From: Anthoceros angustus
Lineage: Eukaryota; Plantae; Anthocerotophyta
Direction: 5' to 3'
Assembly (NCBI GenBank): GCA_010909165.1
Contig: MU008155.1
Coordinates: 1,116,001 to 1,180,000, forward strand
Length of the DNA: 64,000 bases
Numbering within the stretch: position 1 is the first letter of the stretch; each line of letters starts with the position of its first letter. This document shows, one piece after another, positions 1-13,920 of this stretch. The notes below the pieces were generated by a model. The model ran no database searches and was not told the origin of the DNA. It saw only the letters and a list, made by a program, of their open reading frames with translations. The position numbers and the translations under genes were made by a program.

Positions 1-21
1 GAGGACTTCTCAAACCAAGGT

Positions 22-2030
22 GTGATCCGGGCGGTTTTCACCTGCGGGCTGGTCTATTGTTTGCCACATGTGATTATCCGGGTATGGGAAACTTGCTTGG
101 CTTGGTTCGGTCATGCCGCATGTATCGGTGTGGGGTTCAATTACAAGCCCGATGGTCACAACAATTGGACAAGATGGTATCGCGGGTGCTCGGAGATGGT
201 GCTCGGGCGATCCCCGTCGCGCATTATTGGCGAGATGCCTTGATAGCACCGTGGAGACCAGGCCCCCATGCCCCGCACAATGGACGCCGTCGTCGCGAGA
301 GATGGACCTACAGGCAGCGGGTACCTGAAAGGCGCAACACAAAGGCATGGGGGTCACTCGCGTCTCACTCATCCTCAAGTTTACCATACCTCGAGGCGTT
401 TACATAAGTTACGGCTTAAGGATGTGATGCACGTGGAGGTGAACAATGCAAAGGCATTTTGGAGTGTTCTGGGAAGAGTGACACCCTTGGGAGCCGGTAT
501 GACATGGAGGATGCCAACTCCAAGCCATGGTTGTGGCCAATTTCGGATGGTGATGAGACCCACATCCCGGGCAAACTATGTTATGTCGCATTCGACACTG
601 AGCGGTAAAAGGCGAGATATCGCCATGAAGCCCCCACGAGCTTTGGTGCAAACATATCTGCGTGCTTTGATGGCCCAAAGGTGGTAGCACGAAAAGCCAT
701 GATTGGCACCTTTGATGCAATACTATCTTCCTATTGCGTTGCGAGGCGGCTAGAAGGGCGGCCGTGTTGGCTTCCTTGCGCCTCGGAGTGTATTTACGGA
801 AGAGTGACACCCTTGGGAGCCGGTATGACATGGAGGATGCCAACTCCAAGCCATGGTTGTGGCCAATTTCGATGGTGATGAGACCCACATCCCGACGCCG
901 ACTATGTTATGTCGCATTCGACACGGCGGTAAAAGACAGATATCCGCCATGAAGCCCCCACGCTTTGGTGCAAACATATCTGCGTGCTTTGATGGCCCAA
1001 AGGTGACCGGCCCGAAAAGCCATGATTGGCACCTTTGATGCAATACTATCTTCCTATTGCGTTGCGAGGCGGCTAGAAGGGCGGCCGATTGGCTTTCGAC
1101 GCCTCGGAGTGTACCGTTGGATGTGTACCAAAGAGATCGATATATCCATGCTACGAGAAGAAGGCGAGCTTATCGACATCATGGTGGAATTGGAAAACAC
1201 ATGCCAACCACATTACGGAATTGATCGACACCTCATCATCCACCGCTTGACGAGGTTGAAACTCATGGGCGATTCAAGTCGATGGATGTACCCCATGGGC
1301 GCTACATGCTTGTCCTCAAAACCATGTGACAGCGTGCCGTCCGGGAGGCGGCCCACGGTACATCTCTATGGGCGATGCGCCGCCACGGAGTTCATGGCGG
1401 GTTGACCACAATTGCCATCTATGGGATACCAATGCGGCCGTCCAGCGAGGAGAGCACCATCGGGCGAGGAACAACAATTGACCTCGCCCGGCAGTCGTCT
1501 ACATTACTGCTCACTCACTGGCGGACCCGAGGCGGAATTCGATGCTCATGGGGATGTTGGAATGGATTTCAAGCAATGGATGCAGGGTCGGTTGGCGGAT
1601 GATGCATGGCGGGAAGCCCGAACCGAGCCGACATCAATGCACTAACCATTGGCCCTCGCCGCAAGTCACATCCTATCGCAGCCTCCGCACGGGGCTATCA
1701 TTTCGGACAATTGCAGCGATTCTCTCCCAACCTGACAATTTGGGTGTATGGGTGTTTCGACATGGTAGGAGCCAGCCGGGATGAGAAGAGAGAATTCTTT
1801 GGGCGCATTCACGATTCTAGAAGTTGAGTGCGAAGGAGGCGTCACCACAATCGTCTTGAATGTGCCTTTGGTATGAGTGTGACATTGCAAGAGAACCCGT
1901 CCATGGTTAGGGACTTGATGGTTTTGGAGCGTTGACGAGACCGTGTATGCGGGATCACAAAAGCAGGCCCATACACATTTCCTCGACATCTACAACAAGT
2001 ATTTGCACACCGCGACATCATGCCCGGTAG
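22..2030 (+). pseudogene. CACTA Tnp2/TnpD transposase, C-terminal part (DUF4218/DUF4216-like), frameshifted
   Basis: Motifs across frames: DVMHVEVN, KPPRFGANISACFDGPKVTGPKSHDWH, CTKEID...ELENTCQPHY..HLIIH...SRWMYP, FFGRIHDILEV. These match the typical En/Spm Tnp2 motifs (DVMHIEKN, LKSHDCH, RWMYPFER). Confidence 0.85.
472..1113. repeat. Tandem duplication, ~326-bp unit, within the transposase
   Basis: GGAAGAGTGACACCCTTGGGAGCC... starts at ~472 and ~798; copies differ largely by indels. Confidence 0.9.
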
Positions 2031-2532
2031 AGGCTTGGATGATTTATCGCCTATTCAGCTATGTGGGACACTTGACCTTGATGATTTGTACACCTATTCA
2101 GGCTATGTGGGACACTTGACCTTGATGATGTCTTGGAACACTGACAATTGGAATCCCTCACATTTAAGAACAGCCAATATCGGGTCCTCATGTACCTTTG
2201 CCCAAAAGCGGACCACGAAAGGAATTGGAAGGTAAGCTAGCTCCATGGAGTGCTATCCAAACCTAACAACCCCGCCTAGAATCACGGGTGGCACTCCGAT
2301 CCACACGTGGCCTCCTTGCCACGGCGTGAAACAAAGTGCGGACATCTTTGCGTGGGCTATTGTCTAGCGGACCGTGAAAGTAGATAATCACATATCATGT
2401 GCGGATGCGATGTTAAGAGTCGAGCTCAATCGCCGGTGGGCAATGCTCATGTCGGTACCGCCTAATGTCTCGGACCCCAAGGCGCCGAGAAAAGACAATC
2501 GCAACAAGCATAACGCCGGGCCCATATCATGG

Positions 2533-2810
2533 CGCCTCCTCCATATTCCATGACGTTGCTTCATCACCGATAGCGGACGGGTCGTCGGGCGTTGCCACAT
2601 CCCGAGAGAACTTTGGAGGTCTTCCTCGATGGAGATGCAATGTCGGTGATTACAGCTGTGGGCAGTGCGATCTCAAAAAAGGCCGCCTCCTCCATATTCC
2701 ATGACGTTGCTTCATCACCGCCGATAGCGGACGGGTCGTCGGGCGTTGCCACATCCCAAGCGAGAACTTTGGAGGTCTTCTCGAGCGGAGATGCAATGTC
2801 GGTGATTGCA
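2533..2810. repeat. Tandem duplication, ~150-bp unit
   Basis: CGCCTCCTCCATATTCCATGACGTTGCTTCATCACCG... at ~2533 and ~2685. Confidence 0.85.
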
Positions 2811-2997
2811 ACCGCTGGCGTGCGCCTCCAAAAAAGGCCTCGGCTCCCAAAGGGGAGCCTCCACCATCGGAAATAATCGGAATGAGCGTTGATGCGCGGA
2901 TATTGCAAACTAAATGCACAAGTGGTCGTGAGCGACATGGTCAAAGCACGACAACCATACCTACCGAGGATCGGCGGACTGTCCATATGGGGGGTGG

Positions 2998-5900
2998 GGG
3001 GTGAAATGACGCACGAGATGCCACCTCATAAGTCTCGTGATATGTACAATTTCTCGGGAACACGTCCGTGCGGAGGCGTGGGCGTTCAAAGTGGGGCCCG
3101 GCACTAAAGACGCCACCGATGGTTCATTGACCACGATGCATCTATTCTCCGGTGGAGTAGACATGTCGAGATGTGGCTGGCGGCTACGATGCAGCACAAG
3201 CATGGAAATTCTCGATAACGTCGTGCCAAAACAAAGGTATACTTATCGGGTAAACCGAATTGGTGAATTTAATATGACCAATTTTGACCCTCCAAACCCC
3301 AAGGACAAAACCAGTCATCTGCTTGTAATATGCTTGTACTTCCAAATGTCCAATCAGCGTAGGGATATATGTTTCTCAGCCAACCCTAAGCCCAAGAAGA
3401 TGCACTGCATGATTTACTTCCACTTGTTAAACCCGATTCGAAGTACGATGGAGGCCGAGTTCACCATAGCCCAAGGACACCCTCTGAGGTTTTATGATCC
3501 CAATGGGTGGTCCTTACACTTTTCTTGTGCCATCAATCCCACCTCAAGGACCTTTGCGAAGTAGACGTAAGGTTCAGCTTCCGTAGCCCATGGACGTAAG
3601 CAGGCGGGTAGGAGCCGAAATCAGTCGGCTGAGTTTTCACGGTGTGGCGTCGCCCTCTCGAATGATGGCACAACGGGTAAAGGAGGCCACGCCAATGAAC
3701 GCTGAGGTACAATCTTCTCGAATCCTTCATCGCAGATGGCCCGTCTGACTGGTGGACAACGATGATGGCATCGGTGATGTGCAAGAGTTTTGGGTGTCGG
3801 TTCGACGCTTGGAGGTTGCATGGATTGCGTCATGCGGACATTGAACCATCGCGCATGGCGCGTAGGAGCCGCTTGTGTGGCAAGTGCAAAGCGGGGATGC
3901 TGAAGTGGGCGGCTGTGCCGATCTGCGCTGGTCACCCCAAAATGAGGTGGAGCAAAGCGTTTCACGGGTTCAAGTTGCGCTCGCATTCGCTTGTCGGTAA
4001 TTAGTATAGTACTAGAGGTGGCGGTGGACCGATTAAAACAACATGCACGTCATTGCGGTGTGCGGTTTGGTCGACAAGTGGCGGGCGTTAGGCAATGCCC
4101 ATCGACCGCCATAGCCACCCTAGCACATACGCTCCAAAGGCCATATACCCACGAGTGTTTTCATTACGTAATTGTGAAGGAAGGGTCGACGTTTCCATGG
4201 ATTCCTTGGGTTGCGAGGTTGATGAGGATGACCTCCACATGGCTATGGTGCTCGCATGGCGGCGGAGAATGAGGTCACTCTGGCAGCATCGAGAACCGGC
4301 AGAGTCTTTGGACATCCGGGAGGAGAGGGAGAAACGGCAGCCGCCGAGCGGAGGCGCCGGCTAAGCCAGGCGGTAGAGGGACCACACGTGGTTGACAATT
4401 GGATGGGCACGGGGTGGGAGCCGGGAGGAGGCAAACGGCCCGGCGTAGAAGACCATGGTGCTTGCGAGGCGACGATGCAGCTCGGATGTGCCCAGTGATG
4501 AACCGGATGCGAGGCACGGAGCTTTGGTGGTCCGGGAGGAAGGGCAACCCTTCCTTTGGTTGGATATGCGTGTTCTCGTGGAAGCGGCCGGATGGTTCGC
4601 GATGGGTCTTGGTGTGGCCCGATGCAAGAGGGTGGGATTGTGGTCTGGACCGAGAGGTGCCAATGGCCAGCGACGGACAAAAGGCGAGCCGCTCAACGGG
4701 TGGATCGGGAACCGAGCAGCCGGATGCGGATCGGGAGAGGAAGGACGAGGGGCCCCCAACCGGGGTAGAAAGCGGAGGAGGGCGGTGCGTCATGCCGACG
4801 CCACCGGGAGAGGGACGGTACTGCCTCGTGTCACGTTGATGCGGAGCATTCGGGTCGTGAAGGTGGGGAAGCTTGGCTTGTGCGAAGTCACGCCCGAGTT
4901 TCCAAAATTTGAAAGCGACGATGGCGATTGTCCCTAAATGCGGAAGAGGCGCCGAGGGGTGAAATGACGCACGAGATGCCACCTCATAAGTCTCGTGATA
5001 TGTACAATTTCTCAGAACAAGGCCCCGCAAGTGAGGCAAGGGAGCTGCTCAGTGGGGCCCGGCACTAAAGACGCCACCGATGGTTCATTGACCACGATGC
5101 ATCTATTCTCCGGTGGAGTAGACATGTCGATGTGGCTGGCAGCCCGATCCGCACAAGCATGGAAATTCTCGATAACGTCGTGCCAAAACAAAGGTATACT
5201 TATCGGGTAAACCGAATTGTGAATTTAATATGACCAATTTTTGACCCTCCAAACCCCAAGGACAAAACCAGGTCATCTGTTTGTAATATGCTTGTACTTC
5301 CAAATGTCCAATCAGCGTAGGGATATATGTTACTCAGCCAACCCTAAGCCCAGTAAGATGCACTGCACTTGATTTACTTCCACTTGTTAAACCCGATTCG
5401 GAAGTACGATGGAGGCTGAGTTCACCATAGCCCAAGGACACCTACAGGTTTTATGATCCCAATGGGTGGTCCTTACACTTTTCTTGTGCCATCAATCCCA
5501 CCTCAAGGACACCGCGGAAGTAGACGAAGGTTCAGCTTCCGTAGCCCATGGACGAACGGGCGGGTAGGAGCCAAATCGAAAGCGGCCGAGTTTTCACAGG
5601 TGGCGCCGCCTCGAATGATGGCACAACGGGTAAAGGAGGCCAATGCGGTGAACGCGGAGGTACAATCTTCTCCGAATCCTTCATCGCATGGCCCGTAATA
5701 CAACGGGCCGGACAACGATGATGGCATCGGTGATGTGCAAGAGTTTTGGGTGTCCGTTCGACGCGCTTGAGGTTGCATGGATTGCGCCATGCGACATTGA
5801 ACCATCGCGCAGGTGGCGTAGGAGCCGCGGCAAGTGTGCGGATGCCGGAAGTGGGGCCGAATCAGGCCGCGCTACCGGTCACCCCAAAATGAGGTGGAGC

Positions 5901-6902
5901 AAGAGCAAGCGCCGCCGGTTCAAGTTGCACGCATCTTTGTAAGTAATTAGTATAGTACTAGAGGTGGCGTGGACCGCCATTAAAACAACATGCACGCCAT
6001 TGCACGTTTGGTCGACAAGTGGCAGAGGCGTTAGGCAATGCCCATCGACCGCCATAGCCACCCTAGCACATACGCCCAAAGGCCATATACCCACGAGTGT
6101 TTCCGCCATTCAGAATTGACGAAGGAAGGGTCGACGCTTCCATGGATTCCTTGGGTTGCGAGGTTGATGAGGATGACCTCCACATGGCTATGGTGCTCGC
6201 ATGGCGGCGGAGAATGAGGTCACTCTGGCAGCATCGAGAACCGGCAGAGTCTTTGGACATCCGGGAGGAGAGGGAGAAACGGCAGCCGCCGAGCGGAGGC
6301 GCCGGCTAAGCCAGGCGGTAGAGGGACCACACGTGGTTGACAATTGGATGGGCACGGGGTGGGAGCCGGGAGGAGGCAAACGGCCCGGCGTAGAAGACCA
6401 TGGTGCTTGCGAGGCGACGATGCAGCTCGGATGTGCCCAGTGATGAACCGGATGCGAGGCACGGAGCTTTGGTGGTCCGGGAGGAAGGGCAACCCTTCCT
6501 TTGGTTGGATATGCGTGTTCTCGTGGAAGCGGCCGGATGGTTCGCGATGGGTCTTGGTGTGGCCCGATGCAAGAGGGTGGGATTGTGGTCTGGACCGAGA
6601 GGTGCCAATGGCCGACCGGACAAAAGGCGAGCCGCTCAACGGGTGGATCGGGAACCGAGCAGCCGGATGCGGATCGGGAGAGGAAGGACGAGGGGCCCCC
6701 AACCGGGGTAGAAAGCGGGAGGAGGGCGGTGCGTCATGCCGACGCCACCGGGAGAGGGACGGTACTGCCTCGTGTCACGTTGATGCGGAGCATTCGGGTC
6801 GTGAAGGTGGGGAAGCTTGGCTTGTGCGAAGTCACGCCCGAGTTTCCAAAATTTGAAAGCGACGATGGCGATTGTCCCTAAATGCGGAAGAGGCGCCGAG
6901 GG
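2998..6902. repeat. Tandem duplication, ~1.95-kb unit, inside the CACTA element
   Basis: GGGGTGAAATGACGCACGAGATGCC at ~2998 and ~4957; both units end GCGGAAGAGGCGCCGAGGG (~4959, ~6902). The second halves are near identical; the first halves differ by many small indels. Confidence 0.95.
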
Positions 6903-7479
6903 CTGGAAAGCGGAGGCTGAAGGTATGCCACTCGCATCTCCTCACATTCTCCAATCACCCGCGAGGCGCTTTCGCTCATCTTTTCTTGGTGTGATCTTGC
7001 ATGACGAAGACACCGTGTTTGTCATTACGGTGAACCAAGGCATCTAGGCGTGGAGGCCGACATCGGATGTGCCTGTATGTTCGGGCAAGGGGCGACTAAG
7101 GTCCAGCGTGCGGAGCTCTGTCCGGCTATCGGACATAGAAGGCGATGTTTGTGAAGAGGGTGGCTTTGATAGGTGGTTGCGGCCCAGTGGTGCATCATCC
7201 AAGTCACCTCGTTCATTGGCACTTGCTAACAAGCGCTTGTGTGTGTGCATGCGAGGCGGGTGCCACAATAAGTAACGCCGAGGCGGGGGAGAAGGAACGC
7301 GAAGAGGGAGAACCGCAACAAAGTGAAAGCCACTGGATGAGCACTACCATGGAAGGCGAGGAGGCACTTGTTCCACAGGAAGGCTCATTCGAGGACATGT
7401 GGGAGGCGTTTTGGCGAGGTGGCATGCTCTCCGGACGAGCCACAGCATGTTGGCCTCCAGCACATCCTCCAAACCGTGA

Positions 7480-8420
7480 CATTGGGCGATTTGTTACGGC
7501 AACCATGAACCACCAGGCGGGAGGCATTCTTTGGAAGAGGCAACGAAGGTGTCATTGGAGATTGGGCCCGGTGGAAGGCCCGATGGAGTGACGGATGCCG
7601 CGTTTTGGAGGGTTGAGCACGGTTAAAAAGCGATTCCACAAGCGTGTGAAGGAGCTGTGCGACGCGGATGACTCTTCAAATCTTTGGTCCAACACCCGAG
7701 GGAGTTGCAATCGGTGGGGCCTGTGAGGGACTTCCCATCTATATCTAACCGAGACTACATCAAGAAGAAGTTCTCGGACATTTCTGACGCAATTACTATT
7801 ATGCGAGCCGGGTGAAGGAGGCCGACGGATGCGAGAGAGGGCAACTATCCTAGGCGGCCCGGGAGTGTGTGGGAGGCATGGACCAAAGCGGTGGAGTTCG
7901 AGTCCAAGAGCTGCACAGGCGGGGAATGGCCCCCCAACATGATGCAACCGATGCTCAAGAAGCAGGCGGGTTGTAATCCTTTGGCGAGCTGGTGCAATGA
8001 TTTCAACAAGGCATTTCGGAGAAGTGGAAGCGCATCCCAGGCAAAGCGAGCGAGAGTGGGGTCTCATAGCGGCATTGAGAACATGGAATCATACATCGAC
8101 ACGTGAGGTTTAGTGCTCGATTACGAATCGTTTTGCGAGGATGTGTGGAAATGTGAATGTTGCTTCTCTCATGCATGGAAATCAGTGGGCATGTGGGTTT
8201 GACAGTGCAAAGGGAGCTGGTGCGCGCATAGAGGACACAGAGAGGACAATTCTCAACACTCTTGGCGGGCACGAACCATGGGATGGGGTCCTGCTCACCA
8301 CTCGGATGATGTGGAGGCCTTGGCAAACGTGGAGATGGTGCCATCAACCTGTGCAACAGAGCAACCGGCGAGGGATGTGGAGCCGCACCGAATAACTCGT
8401 AAGCGCCTTGCAAGTCCCAG
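7480..8420 (+). pseudogene. Possible CACTA second ORF (TnpA/Ptta-like) remnant
   Basis: Protein-like fragments (KKRFHKRVKELCDADD, WEAWTKAVEFESK...SQAKRARVGSHSG) downstream of Tnp2 inside the element; assignment is mainly positional. Confidence 0.3.
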
Positions 8421-10939
8421 TAATGCTTTGTTACCCATTTGCAAATGTGTTACCCATTTGCTAGCGACGGTGGATGTGTGCCACGCAGACCCGGCGGAGG
8501 AGCGTCTAAACCGGTGCGGTAGTCTTATGTCATAGACACAATGAGCGGAAACACAGTCTGGGTTTGCTATTGGTCCGGGGTGTCTCTGTTTTGAGGCTTG
8601 AAGAGCTGTGGTGTCTGGGTTTTTTTGCAAGGTGTGCCCGTTTCATGGTTTGGCGTTTTGAATGGATGGACTAAGCCTGGAAGGGATGTCTTTTTTCTGC
8701 TGACCAGGGAGTCCGGAAGAAGGGAGGAACAAAGACGGAGGATGGAACTCAAGCGGCGAGGAGGAAAGGCGGCGGGAGGGAAAAACAGCTCGCCCCAGTC
8801 GATCGACTCGTTATGTTTTGGGTTAGGTGATTCTCTTGGGCTGGGTCTAAACGGGCATTTATCTCAGACTTATTTTAAGCAGGAGATAACCCCCATTTAA
8901 CAATGCATGGATCTTGCTTGGCCCGAGTTCCATGGGCCAACAGGACCTAATTAGAAGGTACGTTTGTTGCTGGCTAAGATAAACCTGTGTATTAACTCTT
9001 GTGGATCGTACAACCCTAATTGTAGCGAGGGTGCCTGGCTTTTGCGCGCCGTTTAGGGCTGCATAATTTGAAATTTGAAATTTGAAATTTCCCTATTGCA
9101 AGCTTGCTTGATCCGTACCATGGCCGCCGCTGAAAGCGGTCGTGAAATGTCCGCGTGCCGTCCAATGAAGTGCCTCCACATCGATCGCGGCTATTGGCCA
9201 TGCTCCTAGGTATTTTGAACCGTCGTGTCAGGCAAAACGCCAATTACACATCACCGTGTGCAACCAATGGGGATAAGGGTTGAACTTGCCCATGATTGGG
9301 CAATCCATTGTTGTCTGAATTTTTGATAGCAATGGATGCTATTGGCTAGGAGGCACCAGAACGTGGTAGTGGCCACGCCAACCCACGCCATCGGGCGCGT
9401 TGGCCGGGGCGCCAACCATGCATGGACCAGACGGGGAGGATGGGGGCGTCGTCGGATAAGCCACCGCCAGCCTTTTGGCACGGAATGCCACGTCATGCCC
9501 GCTTACGGACACCAGCATTACGTACGCGTGTAGAAGCGCCCGGATATGCGCCTTGTCATATCGTTGTATCCAACGTGGAAGATGAGGTGGTACGCCTATG
9601 TGTCGGCGGGCACCGTGCATGTAAAGAGCGACGGATATCGGCGCATGAGCGGGACAGGAGACCCGGCAACGCCACCACTTTGGTCACGGCTAGGACCCCC
9701 ACGACATTAAAAGCGTTTGTGGCGGGTTCATTTTCACGCATAATATGATGGGCGGGCATTTTCTGCTCGCGTCATTTAGTGCCCGTCCGCGTAAATCAAT
9801 CGTCATATTCTACGTCATATGTAGGCACGTTTTGTAGTAGTGGAAGCAAACATAGGGCGTGGACGTGTGCAGAGAGGTCGGTCTGCTACACTCATTATCG
9901 CGGACGGGGGAAGCGCGGATGAGGTGAGGGGCGACCAGGATATGTTGCTTTGCATCACATGCGTTTTTTACAATGACTTTGAAATTGCGTGTGCAGGCAA
10001 ATTGCGGGAGACATCAGGAAACATCTGCATCATCTGAAGAAGAGCAATGGTCTCCAGTGCGGTGGAAGTCAACTGCCGGGAACCTCCGGAAGCGGAAGGG
10101 AGCGGGGAAGCATCCGGGAAGGCCGTTGGGCGGAGAAAAGGTGCTGCCACCTTGGTCTGTGGCGAGGAACAAAGGGAGAGGAAGCACCAGCCGAGAGCAC
10201 ACCCGTTGTTGGAGATTATTGAGGGCTGAGATTTCAATGTGAGCGGGTATGGTACACATTTGAATCTGAGTAGATGGGGGCGAAAAGTAGGCCCCGGCCA
10301 AGACGCATAGCCTACATCCATCCATCGGCACACCTCATGGCACACCTCGCCCTTCCACGCATCGACACAATGCCACGGTTACTGCGTCTTTGCACGGGCG
10401 GGCAATGGACCCAACATGTATTGCCTTGAAACGGAAGGGTATATTTAGTAATAACATATTATTAACGTGAATGACAAAGCAGTTTAAAACTACCTTACTG
10501 CTGAAGAACCATAAATATAGATCAAAATTAATTAAGTAAAGCATCATAATGGCACCGCCAATCGCCACGGAGAAGCCACGTGGACGGATACCGTAGGTTG
10601 CGATCGGACATATGGATGTGACAGTCTGAAGACACGTTAAATAGCGGAAATGCCGTGGCGTGGACACACGACAAGCAGCATGTGATATGAAAGGCCGGCA
10701 TGTGCCAGCTTGAGGCACCCCGACATGAAACGCCCATGCGAACATGTAAAACCATGGCGGAAAACGGGTGGACACCAAGTGGCGCTTGCATACGAAGGAA
10801 ATATGCGGCATCGCGAGATATGCACATGTGAGTATGGGGAATGAGTAAAATAGCACGTGTGATGGGTCATGGCTGGGGGAGAGGAAGCCAAGTGGCGGCC
10901 ACAGAGCTCACGGGAAGTGGGCCGCTTAAGCTCTAACCA

Positions 10940-11122
10940 AAGGTTACATCCGTTACAAAATGGCTAAGTAACGACCGATAATGTAACGCGTGGAGTAACA
11001 TTCTACTACAAACCCGCCCCGCTTTATTGCCGACAATAACGTTACAAAAGGAAACCATTGTTACAAAACAGGGAATATCGTTACTACAAAAGCGTTACAA
11101 GAGCGCCTACTATGGTGTTGTG
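10940..11122. mobile_element. Possible second CACTA-type terminus
   Basis: Cluster of GTTAC/GTAAC subterminal-like repeats ending ...TATGGTGTTGTG (reverse complement CACAACACCATA, one mismatch to CACTACACC). Confidence 0.35.
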
Positions 11123-11207
11123 CTACCGCGGTAGTGGAAATTGCTACCGACATTGGAGAACCCAACTGTGAAGCGGCCATGAGCGGCGCAACAGGACGCG
11201 ACCTGGC

Positions 11208-11744
11208 ATGGATCAGGCGACCAGGGGTAGTCCACGGGAGGAGGGGGTAAGCACCTCAGCTACAGCAGGAGGTCCTATTATGTTGCGGCACATGGATGAG
11301 GAAACTTATGTTCCTGGTCTATATGTGAATGGGGAACGCGTGCTTAACTTCACTGTCCATGTGCGTGTGGAAATAGGAGGGACCAGGGCTTACCTTCTGC
11401 AAGTGAGGACCCGAAGTGGATACATCTTCCACTGTGCCCGGGTATGGGGATTGGCCCCTTATTATTCGGAGGCAGTTTTGGAGGAGCTAACGAAGGAAGA
11501 AGTCCAAGCGTGGGTGGATGAAGAGCCCGTAATAATCCTCAGCAATAGGCGGCAGGCAGAAGGGGAGGAAGTTCAGGGGCAGGACCTACCCCCGGGTAGA
11601 TTCGAAAGGACATCCAGCAGTGGCAGCCAGGTGGAGGTCCTGTGGGAAAACTTGTCAGATCAGCGACGAGGAAGGAGGGCTCGTGGAGGCGGCAGTGGAG
11701 GACGGAGAGCCAGGCGGCCAAGTCGGAGGAGGGCGCGAAGATAA
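11208..11744 (+). CDS. Uncharacterised 178-aa ORF, probably transposon-associated
   Basis: Uninterrupted ATG-TAA ORF with a beta-rich globular-looking core and an Arg-rich tail; no family recognised. Confidence 0.3.
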   Translation: MDQATRGSPREEGVSTSATAGGPIMLRHMDEETYVPGLYVNGERVLNFTVHVRVEIGGTRAYLLQVRTRSGYIFHCARVWGLAPYYSEAVLEELTKEEVQAWVDEEPVIILSNRRQAEGEEVQGQDLPPGRFERTSSSGSQVEVLWENLSDQRRGRRARGGGSGGRRARRPSRRRARR

Positions 11745-12919
11745 CGTAGGCAATGGTAGTAGCATCCTAGGAATAGAACCTTGGATAGGGTGCCATCTTG
11801 GACCTAAGATCGTTCGGAATTGTAGGCGTGCCTCTTCACGATTCAGCCGTTTTTAGAGTGACAAATCGGTGGGCGACGCCCACCAATGTGTGTACAAAAG
11901 GGGCGAATGTGCCTCACATCGAGCACCCCGGTTGAGATCCCCACGCTGCCTCGTGGCTAGTTGAGACGTCCGGCTGACAGAGGCGGTGCGTGAGACGCCT
12001 CCTTGGGGTGGTCGAGAGCTTGCTCCGCAACTCGGGGAGGAGGGGTGATAGAGCAATCTTGCTGACAACGGAGGAGGAAACCAAGGGATTGGCACGGGGC
12101 GGGTCTGGAGCTTGCTCGTAACGCCTGCTGTGATGCCCGGGGTTCTCCTTTCCTTCACCCTTGTTCCTGTTAGTTGTGTTCCGAAACCAAGAGAGTGTTG
12201 AGTGGATGGCTGGAAGTTTGTGGGCGCATCGAGAGAGAGAGAGAGAAGGTTGGGTGAAGGAGGAATCGAGCACTGTACGCGATGCGAGGTGTGAGATCGG
12301 AAGTGGAATGAGGAGGAGAGCGAATTGGGACGTTAACAGTGGAGATTGGTGTATGTGTGGATTGGGAAACTGGAACCGGTGCTGGCAGTAGAAAGTGCAC
12401 AAGGGAAACAGCGTTTCTGGTGGAAATCGTGTGGGTGTGGCGCCCTTTTCTGTGTGTGTGTGTGTGTGAAGCGGGTGTGAGATATCCTAGGAACTCCCGT
12501 CCCTAGGAATTAGTGTGCGCATAGGGTATGAAGTGCAAAATAAACCCGATCTGTGAGCGGAGGTAGCCACCCGTGATAGGGATCCGCGGCGCCGCGCGCC
12601 AGAGGGAAGGTGCTAGGGTTTGGTGTGGGACCCACCCCGGTAGTTGTAACCATTACCCGATAGTGGTGAGCGCCACCGTGGAAGTAGCTCGAAAGCGGTG
12701 GTCGTGGAATACGATCTGGGGTAGTTAGGCGAGTCGAGTAGTTGAGTAGATAGATAGGAAGGGTGATAGCAGGCAAGTCCCAACTTAGGCAAAGGTCAGT
12801 AATGATAGAAGTTAGCGTCTCTTGGCACAAACCATTCCCTTGGGAGAGAATCCTAGGCCTACAACGACATTGAGGGTAAATGTGGACCTCATGGTGTCCC
12901 TAGACACAAGTTCACACTC

Positions 12920-13340
12920 CACAGCTACTTAAATATGATGGCTTGGATGATAGAATCTAAGTAGTTGATGTGCCTTCTCAATTCTGCTGGTTGTTTGTGG
13001 CTATTAATTGCAACTCGTTCTCACTTCTGCATGGTTTGCCTCATCTCCTTGCATTGGTGGCAAGGAGGACGAGGTGTGCTTGTGACCTGTTGTTGTAAGC
13101 AGTTTTTCTGCAATCTCAACCTGTTAGCTTGTGCTATGAGGTTGTGATGCCTTTGTTTGCAGATTTGATTATGTCAAGCCATTGTAGGCTATCGGAGTCA
13201 TGGATCATGCTCTGATACCATGTCTCAAATTGAGAATGGTGAGATTGTAAATCGATCCTGTGTATTGTGAATATGAGAACTGTACAAGGAAATGCTCAGA
13301 GAGCATATGAGAGATGAGTCACGAAGAGTCACGACTGTTC
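12920..13340 (-). mobile_element. Truncated LTR retrotransposon 5' end (LTR end plus tRNA-Met primer-binding site)
   Basis: GCTCTGATACCA at 13209-13220 (reverse complement TGGTATCAGAGC) directly adjacent to TGTCTC, i.e. LTR ...GAGACA on the minus strand. Outer limits are approximate. Confidence 0.6.
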
Positions 13341-13920
13341 ATGAACGGGCATGATCACTAAAGTCCTAATTCCACGGTCAGCTTATCTGTATGTGTTCCT
13401 ACATGCTCACACGGGTAACCGGCAATTGTGTCAGCAGGTGTTGCCTGTTGATCAATGGCTGCCATGGAGCGTAAACGTTGATGGATAGATCCAAACAAGA
13501 ACGTTGATGATGCGGTCCCCAGTTTGAGAGCAGAGGAGGTGCCATGGATGCGACTGTTTCCAAGCATAGGAGTAGACGAGCAAGATCTCGTTTACCATAC
13601 TGAAGAAGGGTTTACAAATGACATCTTTGCTGAAGAAATTTCCCCAAGGGCCCTTGCTGGTAGAAGACGTAAGGATACCACCACTTTTTCCTTGTCCACA
13701 ACGCACTTGTTTTCAACACCTATGTGCATTCGGGATTCAAAAGGTCCTGTTCTTTTTTTTTAATTCTGGATTCTAGCACGTCTGGACAGGCTGAGAGCAA
13801 GCACCGTGAATGGGTCAGGCAGGACCTTTTGAAGTTTATAACAGCCTGTCTTTTTAAGGGACGCCTGCAAATCACCTCGAATGTTACCGTGCTCACATAT
13901 TGAAAGCTCTTTGTGGAATT

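Larger units (their letters stand above)
1..9842 (+). mobile_element. CACTA (En/Spm) DNA transposon, 5' part outside window
   Basis: Tnp2-type transposase remnants at 1-2030. Right terminus ...TTTTGTAGTAGTG (reverse complement CACTACTACAAAA) ends at 9842, preceded by subterminal (C/T)GTCAT(AT) repeats at ~9490-9820. Continuity of everything between is inferred. Confidence 0.8.

Noticed and set aside
4243-7591. Numerous 100-250 aa GC-rich ORFs on both strands
   Set aside because: No recognisable domains; they overlap in many frames within duplicated CACTA-internal sequence.
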